From: Perkinsus chesapeaki ATCC PRA-425
Lineage: Eukaryota > Protista > Perkinsozoa
Length of the DNA: 44,057 bases
Assembly: GCA_013115145.1 (NCBI GenBank)
Contig: JAAPAO010000275.1
Span: 1 to 44,057 of the forward strand
Reading direction: 5' to 3'
Positions within the stretch are counted from its first letter, which is position 1. The number at the start of each line of letters is the position of its first letter. The translations under genes and the position numbers were made by a program. A model generated the notes under the pieces. The model was not told where the DNA came from and did not search any database. It worked only from the letters and a program-made list of their open reading frames with translations. Positions 35,502 through 44,057 of this stretch are shown in pieces.

Positions 35502-38500
35502 ATGAGCGGTACTGTCGTCGAGAGGATCCGTTCAGATTGGGAAGATTTGGAGACGATCGAGAAGGCGGCCTCGAAGGTTTTGGTGGAGCAATCTAATAAG
35601 GCTGGAAGCAATCAAACTTCGAGGGTAGTATCTGATATTCTTCCGAGCGCGCAGGGAGAGGTATCTTTGAGAAATCGGGACGAGAAGATATCTTTCGAGT
35701 GCGTAGNNNNNNNNNNNNNNNNNNNNNNNNNNNNNNNNNNNNNNNNNNNNNNNNNNNNNNNNNNNNNNNNNNNNNNNNNNNNNNNNNNNNNNNNNNNNNN
35801 NNNNNGCTTACGATTATGGAATATCTTTTGAATCTTTCGAGTGCGTAGCTTACGATTATGGAATATCTTTTGAATCTTTCGAGTGCGTAGCTTACGATTA
35901 TGGAATATCTTTTGAATCTTTCGAGTGCGTAGCTTACAAGTATAAAATATCTTTTGAATTTTTCGAGTTTTGAAATTCTAGTGCGACAATGTTTATCCAG
36001 TCGACTGAATCAAGCTGCTATGGCATCGATCTATGAATTTCATGGCGCGTGACATTTTACATTTTACTTCAGGTTGCCTACGATTATGCCTTAGTAGATC
36101 TCGTAGAGCAAAGCCGTAAGAAGGCAGAGGAGCTCGAGAGACTTTACGATGACAAGGACGGCCAGAAGGAAGTAAGAAGGCTCGTGCAGCAGTTTTACTG
36201 AAGATCTTCTCTTGGGAATATTCCATTAAAAGTGTTAGTAGAAGAAGTCACCGGAGGAAAAATCGGCACTGAAATATTGGTGTGAATTTTTTGGGGAAAA
36301 CAGTTCATCAAGATTTTTTTGTCGTGCTTGCGAGAATCGATGGATGTGGCTGCTGGCGATAAGTATCATATGTCTTTCAGGAGGAACTGTCTTCTCTCTT
36401 GGGGAAAGGCGGGGAAATCTGGAGCAACTTTTACCGGAAAATTAAAGAGGTAATCCAATCGCCCAGATTCGATCCCCGTAGGCGACAATATAATATTCTT
36501 CAGGCACAAGATTACTATGCGAGAAACAGCGAGAAGAACTCAATGCCGAAGGTCGGAAAATTTTCGATGATTTGCTGGATCGTGGTGGTTCCAGGTTCCG
36601 ACGGTCGAGAGCTGGTTTAAGGACAGTTTGGCTCATCAGAGGAGTGAGTTCCAATTCAGTGGGGAAGAATCGTTTGGAAGGTGACCTGTTTTATATCTTG
36701 CATGCTTCAAGCTAAGATAATTTCTCGCTCAGATATGTTGACATGCATGAACTCTATGACCAGTTTGTTAACCTGAAAAGATACGCCGAGTAGCTCAAGT
36801 CAACCTCTGGCGTATCTTTTATCGAGAAAGATTTTTCTCAGGTTCAGACGGAAACAGTTCCTAAGTACTTTGTGGGAGAAGTACGAGAAAAAGCATCAAG
36901 CGAAAGCTGATAAGGGAAAAAAATCGGAGGAGAAAATTCTTTCCCAAAAAGAATTTCTGGCGGAACACGAGGGGGACTATAATGAGATTGATTACATCTC
37001 CTATTTGAAGACGTTCGACCAGTTCCATCATATTCCGAGGCATCTGAAGTAGGTCGGAAGGAATGTAACTAGGTTAGCTGCGAAATGTAGGTACAAGCAG
37101 AAGGATTACTTGGAGTATCTCAAGGCGTTACAGGAGTATCTTAGGTGAGCTATTTTGTATCTTGCACGCTCCGAGCTAAGGTGCGTTTTTGTTAGGGGTT
37201 TCATTCAGCGCCAGCGTCCGCTGTTTGACATTGGGAAATTGGAGAAAGAGTCCGAGGACGAGTTCCAAGAGAGATGGGCGGTGAGCAAATCGATCACCTG
37301 ATCGATTTCGAGTTTGACGCGAAATTGTGCATTGTTAGGCTAAGTCTGTCCAAGGTTGGAGCTCTGGTTTCACTCGAAATTCTAGCCTCTACTGCCCACC
37401 GACTGATAGACTCTTCGCCAACGAGCAAGCCCTAGAAGTACGCAACTGGAGCTAGTCCGTATCATGTGAGCTTCGAGCTAGGATATTATCTCAGGGCCAC
37501 AAGAAGGGTAAGGAATTCAAGAAGGCTGCTGAGAGGATGGCTAAAATGCACCCCGCCGAAATCGAGGCTCTCAATAAGCTCTCGGAGAAGCGAGATATGG
37601 AGTTAGCTCGACTGGAGGTGAAAAACTGAAAACCTGAAACACTTCGCTCCGCCTGGAATGACATTTTGTTTGACCAGGTTATTATACAAAAATATAAGGA
37701 AACGTTGGCCGACACGATTGATGAGACAGTTGAGTATTTAACGGTCAGACAAGCCAGGTGAAGAGGTGTAATTTTGTGGCGCGCGAAATTTGTTCTGTGG
37801 CTAGAACCTTGGATGAGATAGAAACAGACATATGGTACGAGGAGCACGGTGGAAGGGAGACGTTTGAAGATGAGAAAGATGATGTGTGGGATAAGAAGGT
37901 GGGAGATGACTTGACTTTTTAGTCTAGTGGTATCTATGTCCGTTGTATACCGCTGCACCCAGGTTCGATCCGTACTAGCGTGATTTAATTATTTATTGTT
38001 ACAAAGTTTCTATTCCTCTACAAAAGCCTCTCCGCAATTTTCTAATTCCCCATAGAAATCGTCCACACGGGTGACCCGTGACGGGTCTACTTCCCTTTCT
38101 TTGATCGATGCATCATGTATGCATGAACAACGCTATAAAAACCGACTCTTTGAAATTCTTTTGCATTATTTCTTTTCAGTGGCAAATTAGATAATTTCTG
38201 TTTTTTCAGGAGCAAGACTCTGACAGCGATTCTGATGATTCTGACGATGGTGACAACCGTGCACTGTAGGGAGTATCTTTAGGTCGACTCGTGGCTATCT
38301 TCTCTAATTTCAGATATAACCCTCTGAACCTTCCAATCGGATGGGACGGCAAACCGATCCCTTTCTGGTTGTACAAGTTGCATGGTCTAGGGAAGCCTTT
38401 TAGGTGGGGAGCAAATCGATCACGCGATCGATCTGATGTTTTTTTGGTAGATGCGAAATTTGCGGAAATTATACCTATTGGGGACGCCGGGCGTTTGAGA

Positions 38501-38848
38501 GGCATTTCACCGAGTGGCGTCATGCGCATGGAATGAAGTGTTTGAGGATCCCTAACTCAAAGCATTTCCATGATATTACTAGTATAGAGGATGCGGTAAG
38601 TTGAGCTACTTTGCATCCTGCATGCTTCAACCTATGATTCTCAGATCACTTTATACGAGAAGTTGAGACGTGAACAAGCTATTCAAGGATTCGACCCTGA
38701 TGCGGATATTGAGTGCGAAGATAACATGGGAAACGTTATGAACCAGAGAACGTAGGCTATCAACTTAACCGGTTTCATATCCTGCACGCTTCAACCTAAG
38801 ATGCGTTTCTTCAGATACCGAGATATGCTCAAACAAGGTCTCATCTAA
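35502..38848 (+). CDS. SF3A3: Splicing factor 3A subunit 3 (Prp9), about 17 introns
   Basis: [17 protein letters not shown].., [16 protein letters not shown]|[99 protein letters not shown]|[10 protein letters not shown]. All junctions restore the frame. Confidence 0.95.
35688..35970. repeat. Tandem repeat, 42-bp unit, with an N gap, in SF3A3 intron 1
   Basis: ATATCTTTTGAATCTTTCGAGTGCGTAGCTTACGATTATGGA at 35821, 35863 and 35905. Confidence 0.9.
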
Positions 38849-39919
38849 AGCCATCACATTACGTTTATTTTCCAGTCGGAAACCATATTAGTTGCGTCTT
38901 CAATTTCGTGGCGCGCGGGAAATAATCTTGTGAATTATCATTAATAAACCAGTTTCACTGTACTAATCATGAGCCCGCACTATAAACTGAGTGGGTTATC
39001 GATATAGGCCGACGAGCGTTGTAGAAAAATCCCTGATGTTCCACGTGCAGTATTATAAACACCACAAGAATGAGGTATATCCGAAGGAAGATAGAGCAGT
39101 AAACAGAGCGAGTAGTGAGTAGAATATCACGAGTATAGAAAGCTAGCAATACCGTGGTACGACAATTGTGCGATAGACAGGGATTGTGTGAATAACTCAC
39201 AGTGAGTTATATAGTGCAGACGTGTCGAAGTTGTAGAGGAAATGGGGAACGTGAACGGATGGGCACCTAGCGAGCCATGGGTTAACTGCATGGGGCCCGC
39301 CAGAAGGATTGTAAACATGTGTTAGCGCAGACTGCTATGCTCGCAGCCAGGAACATCTACTGCGAAACCCAATCGACTAGGAAACAGTGCGCGGTGACGC
39401 TGAACTCATGGAAGAGTCTTGAACCTCTATAAGACAACCACTGTAAAGTACAGGGCTGCTGCATGAGTGGCAGGAGACAATTCGGACACATGCTGCGTTG
39501 ACATCATGCAGTCAATACACTAATACCACACTCTACCGTAGAGCCAGGACATTAGTCGGGACAGCTCTGGGGGACTCTTGCGGTCACCGAAGGTGACACC
39601 GTCATCAGTTGAGGTTTCGTAGTTCATATGGCGCTATGAAGAGCAGGGATAGTTCGCAATTGAGTATCAGCAACGAAGATATCGGTGCGAGCTGACTCTC
39701 CGAGACTTGTTCGCGCCGCTGACCTGCCCGGAGTGAAAATATTACCTCCATCTGATGCATAATGCTATATCGGATTTGGCGAATGAGGGTGAGATCTCCA
39801 CGAAAACTGTCGGTAGATGATGGAATTTACTACTACCCGTCACTAAATCGTTTCGGCACTACTGAAAATGCATAGATTGCGGAAAGCATTCGTGATGCTT
39901 GAAAAGGAACCAGGGTTGA

Positions 39920-40171
39920 TTAATTGATTATCGTCTCAGATGTGTCGAAGATATTTTCATAGGGAGCCCTATGGGAAATCTCTTCGCACAATTTACACAG
40001 GCAATTTGCCTCTGGCAAATCTCTTATAAACCATTCATCGAAATAGTCGTGACAGTCTTCTCTACTGTCAATTTTAATCACGAGAGTGCAGGGATACTGA
40101 CTAGCCCGCACGCGTGCGCAGCAGCTCACGCGCCGTTGCCGCCCGATCATTGTGCATGCGTGCATCTTCAT
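39920..40171 (-). pseudogene. Possible transposase zinc-finger remnant
   Basis: DYFDEWFIRDLPEANCLCKLCEEISHR loosely resembles the W..CxxC pattern of hAT-type N-terminal zinc fingers. Weak. Confidence 0.2.
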
Positions 40172-41769
40172 ATGTTGTCAAGTCCGCAAGGATCGATGTC
40201 TTTGCATATTGAACGTATGGTGGAAGGCACGGGTTTTCGTCTCTGAATATCGCCTCGTGCTCCATGGGCACACCTTTACGGAAAAGCTCCAGCCGACCCT
40301 ATGCTCTTCGGCTGAATAGTTCTATCAGCATGCTACCAATGAATTTGAAACCGCTGAATGGCTCGGTTTGCAGGTGCGGAAAGTCCACCGCTGTCATTTG
40401 ACGTTCTCTCCGCTAAATGTGTCGTCCGTTCTTCCTTCTCAGCGCCTCCTTGGTGTTGACTTCTGAAGGATGCAATCCCGAGAGGGAAATATGTAGGTGC
40501 CGGGAATCGACCCAGGATCCATTGGGCTTATCTTTTCAGCTCGAGCGCCGCTGGCTGTCGTAACCCGAACGCCCCATTCAATTCCCGCGGGTGGTAAGAG
40601 AGCTTCCGACCCAATCTGCAGAGAGAAAGAGCCTTCCAATGGAACCCTCGACATCTCTGAGACGCTATTAGAATTCGTTCCAGGGAGGCACTTCGTCGAA
40701 GGGACTTCGAACGTGTCCAGAAGGGATGAACTTAGAGTTCCCTAAAGAAGAGGATTTCCTCTCGCTCCGGGAAAATATTTTCTATCGATATTCTAGTTAC
40801 ATCTCTGCATTAGGGACAATTTTTGTGTCGAGGGGTCCCCCCCCGTGAGTCCGTCATCAGTCGTGCAACTTGTTATTATTCAATGTATCTCTCGTTTCCC
40901 TTCAGAAATGTATCCTTCTCATAATTTCACTTACGAAGGCCCTGGTCCATTCATTGGCGACCACGGTCTTATCATCTTCGAGTTTGGTGGGCCAGGAGTC
41001 ATGAACTATTTGTAAGAGTCTCGGACAACTGGTCATGTTTTAATTTATTCCTTTGATTCACCAACATAGCCTCTCCGCTGTTAGCAGTACCACTCGTGCA
41101 GATTCGTAAGTTACTCTTCCGATTTTCATTTCTCATCTCATTCCGAATTAAATACAGTAGGCAGACTAATTTACAGCGTGTGCGAATTTGTTATGCAAAT
41201 GACCCAATTTTTGTTATCTCTCGCCGTAGAGCGGCTTGGGAGGCCACAGTTGGATGGTATATGTACTTCTACTAGGGGAACTCGATGAGGTATCTACCGA
41301 CTGTTTCATGAGCCGTCTCATTGCTATACTTGGCACATGGTCATTTCAGGCGTGGGATTCCCAGAACGAAAAATCTCCAATTAAGTTTTTCACTTTTCCC
41401 CAGTTAAGGAAACGCTCCTCATTTAACCATCTACGGGGTAAATGAAAAATACCATTCCATACATTTTCTGTGCTCCTTCGATATGTATTGCGTCGTCGAA
41501 CTCGTTGGAAGCCGAAAATTATGATTAGATTTTTTTGTGATGAAGGCATCTACCGGCGATGGTGTCGTGTAATAGATTGCTGGAACCCACTCATCTTCCC
41601 CGAAGAACGAAACATTATAGAGGACTTCAAGCACTCCGTATCATTATTGGACCATGTTTTGTTAAAAATGTTCTATGCACCCTATATCATCTTTTTCGTA
41701 GGACTCCTAGGATAGTAGCATAACGTTTTAGTGCTAACATATAATAATAAAGTTTCTAAGTTAGAAATT

Positions 41770-42188
41770 CTAATGTTTGTAGAGTCCAGATCACCTCAAC
41801 CTGTGGGGCCTTCTGAATCTGTCCAGAATCTGGACCCTCGGGATGCGCGTGTTTAGTGTTGAACGAAAACCTCCCAGCGCTCAGGGGAAACTCAATACTA
41901 CCGAGTCGATAGTGCCTGGCCTTTCTCAGTTATATGGGCTCCGCCGACAAGAGAGATATTTTCGTATCATGCAGTAACATATCCTATAAATTGAGCGACA
42001 AGAAGGTTACTATGGATGTGGCTTTTCTGCCGTTCATGAAAAAGTCAATCTTAGAAAGTAGAGGCGCTGGAGAGCCTTCCAATAATGAGCTATCAGGTGC
42101 CGACATCGAGTTGACTCGCGAGGGCATCGAGGTGACTTTTCATTATCCATTCAATGTCACAACGCTTATTGCGAAGAAACGAGCATAG
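41770..42188 (+). pseudogene. Disrupted intronless hypothetical gene
   Basis: The frame GPSGCACLVLNENLPALRG..SR*CLAFLSYMGSADKRD..KKRA* contains an internal TAG, and the upstream part is in another frame. Confidence 0.35.
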
Positions 42189-42270
42189 ATATGATTACTG
42201 TTGTTTCGTTCATTACCTTTGCAAGTATTGTGTTACAGTAGTAGTTGAACTCTAACTACCAAGAATAGAA

Positions 42271-42651
42271 CTACACGATAACTAACACAACATCGACTAA
42301 TAAAGACTCTCTATCAGTGAGCAAAGCAAACAGTAACGATGTGACAATGCCTAAAACATTTCGATAATCGAGAAGTGTCATTAAACAACTTTCAAGGATC
42401 ATTGGCGCATAGTTTCCGAATTTCGAGGTCTTCTCCAAGTCGATGTCATCGGACCAAGAGTTCTGGTGCCTCCCCACCGGGGCCAGTGCCAACCATCGTC
42501 TAGTCTTGAGTGGTGTCTCCTCAAAGTAGACATTAAGGGGCAGCCAGAATGTCAAGCAGTGTTCGAAACACACTGGGGCCAATGTAAGGGAGCAGCTAAC
42601 ATTTAAATGCTTATAGTATAGCGAGAAGATGACAAGATGACGAATGGGCAT
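42271..42651 (-). CDS. Hypothetical ORF with a hydrophobic C-terminus
   Basis: 126-aa ORF ending NVLGIVTSLLFALLTDRESLLVDVVLVIV. No family recognised. Confidence 0.25.
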   Translation of the reverse strand: MPIRHLVIFSLYYKHLNVSCSLTLAPVCFEHCLTFWLPLNVYFEETPLKTRRWLALAPVGRHQNSWSDDIDLEKTSKFGNYAPMILESCLMTLLDYRNVLGIVTSLLFALLTDRESLLVDVVLVIV

Positions 42652-43404
42652 TGATAATGATGGTTGGAGCTTTGAATCGGCAGTAGAAAGTGGCGAGCAA
42701 GAGCCTCGGGCTTTTCACATTCGTGGGTTGTGAAGACATCCTCTCTTATCTCACGTGGTACTAATCTACAGTACCTATTCGCGCGAGGCCTGCGTTCGAC
42801 ATGTCCGGTACATGTCAAGCATGCTGTCCTTTAGTGTGGTGTGACATACTTATCTGGTAAATTTATCGAGTATGCACGGAAGAAGGCTGACATTTCATAT
42901 ATGGAGCGCACAAGATATCGCGGCGCTGAATAACTACACCGTCCCCCAATATTGAATAACAAGAATGAAAAGGCCTCCACAGAAATTTTGTCAGGATGCA
43001 TCTGAATGTGATTGATTGTCTGTCACACGGCCTATCCTGCCTCTTTTTGCACGTATTAGGTGAGAATATGTTATTTTTTTAATGCTTAAGCTGAAAAGTG
43101 TACGAGAGTTCCACGTGAGGCGGCGTCGGGCATTATTATGGTAGTTAATCTACCTATGCTGCTTTGCAGGCTCAATGTTGCTCCTTGTTGATCGCTGACT
43201 GTCTAGCACTTCTAACCGTAGACATAAACTAGCTCCTGACTACCGATCTTGCTTGGATTGCTTGGATACAAATCTCGTTGTAATGGGGACAAGACGAGTT
43301 GGCAGCCCAAGTATCTGCGTGCATATTCATGGCGCCGTGAGTTCAGCTGATTCAATCGGCACATTCCCATTCACCAACCCTGGATCGGTTGTGCTCACTT
43401 CAAC

Positions 43405-43908
43405 ATGAAATGGTTCAACTTGAGCGCAATCGCCTTCGTTGTTTCTAGTGCTCTCGGTCGCTCTGATATTGCAAGGGACTGCAAATCATTCTGTGACCAG
43501 CACAGTGAGGGTGCTTGTACTCGTCATGGTGGTGATTTTGAGTGTCATTTTGACACCAGGCATGGCAACATATGTTCGCAGTTGTACTACACCGATGTCA
43601 CGGAGACTACAATATGTATTGATATGAGAGAAGACGGTAGGTATGAGTGCCAACCGAACATCCCAGTACGGTGTGAGGTTTGTCCAACTCCCACAACTAC
43701 TACCACGACCACAACCACAACTACTTCTACGAGTACCACAACAACTAATACAACCACTACAACTACTACAACTCCTACAACCACTACAACCACTACAACC
43801 ACTACAACCACTACAACCACTACAACCACTACTTGGCTCAAGGCAGTTGTTTTTTCCTCTAACCTGCTAATTCCCTCTCCGGGCTTTACTTCATATGCCA
43901 ACGACTGA
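43405..43908 (+). CDS. Secreted Cys-rich, Thr-rich mucin-like surface protein (3' end probably disrupted)
   Basis: Signal peptide MKWFNLSAIAFVVSSALG, Cys-rich domain CKSFC..CEVC, then a poly-Thr tract (ACNACA repeats, about 43687-43833). Confidence 0.75.
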   Translation: MKWFNLSAIAFVVSSALGRSDIARDCKSFCDQHSEGACTRHGGDFECHFDTRHGNICSQLYYTDVTETTICIDMREDGRYECQPNIPVRCEVCPTPTTTTTTTTTTTSTSTTTTNTTTTTTTTPTTTTTTTTTTTTTTTTTTTWLKAVVFSSNLLIPSPGFTSYAND

Positions 43909-44057
43909 AGAAGAGCCTCCCCCGCCGGCCTCCACCCCTGCTGGAACCCCCCGTGTCCCGCTCGAGTTGGAGACTGAGGGAGAGGTGTTCGCATTACGTA
44001 TGCGAATGCGCTACGCGCACCCTAAGATTCATATTGTATATCGCTCGCCCACCGTTT
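43832..44057 (+). other. Spliced-leader remnant, UTR-like stretch and ORF running off the window (probable retrocopy)
   Basis: CTTGGCTCAAG (43832-43842) equals the 3' 11 nt of the Perkinsus spliced leader as I recall it. It is followed by a pyrimidine-rich 52 nt, then ATG at 43895 opening MPTTEEEPPPPASTPAGTPRVPLELETEGEVFALRMRMRYAHPKIHIVYRSPTV to the window end. Confidence 0.55.

Noticed and set aside
14669-35805. Coincidence of all four N gaps with tandem arrays
   Set aside because: This is an expected assembly artefact. It only means copy numbers are unknown.
14361-35970. Tandem arrays as CRISPR arrays
   Set aside because: The units are contiguous with no unique spacers, the context is eukaryotic and there are no cas genes.
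39420-39520. QFGHMLR as a non-LTR retrotransposon C-terminal motif
   Set aside because: It is a single short motif among stops, with no RT or endonuclease motifs recognisable nearby.
43587-43994. Poly-Val and poly-Gln/Pro/Leu ORFs
   Set aside because: They are antisense or alternate-frame shadows of the poly-Thr tract.
1-44057. Stop-codon reassignment to explain the many short ORFs
   Set aside because: Removing canonical GT-AG introns gives stop-free SF3A3, AEP and nearly all striatin frames. Genes end in TAA or TAG, and TGG is used for Trp.

Overview
Eukaryotic, intron-dense, moderately AT-rich genomic DNA with four N gaps. It is most likely a Perkinsus-like alveolate. This is an inference from a spliced-leader remnant, the 40-70 nt GT-AG introns and the style of the secreted proteins. 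Left end (1-5.4 kb): a decayed Ty3/gypsy-like LTR retrotransposon, a perfect 45-bp palindrome and a foldback/MITE-like element. Middle: multi-exon genes I spliced by hand, namely an RRM-like protein, a membrane protein, a striatin-like WD40 protein (minus strand), a tail-fibre-like LPxGCRP-domain protein, a large AEP/PrimPol-like protein and SF3A3/Prp9. Right end: decayed sequence, a Thr-rich secreted protein and a probable spliced-leader-tagged retrocopy. The main unusual signal is that many introns, several confirmed by restoring conserved reading frames, are built from a few repeated sequence families found in both orientations. These are (A) an ATCTTGCAYGCTTCAASCTAAGAT introner-like family that also seeds intronic minisatellites, (B) 3' halves of tRNA genes with their oligo-T terminator, whose anticodon loop supplies a splice site in several copies, (C) an AGCGGAGCGAAGC inverted-repeat element, (D) an AATCGATCA..TGATCGATT palindrome and (E) a TTTCGTGGCGCG motif. 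All splicing is inferred from DNA only.
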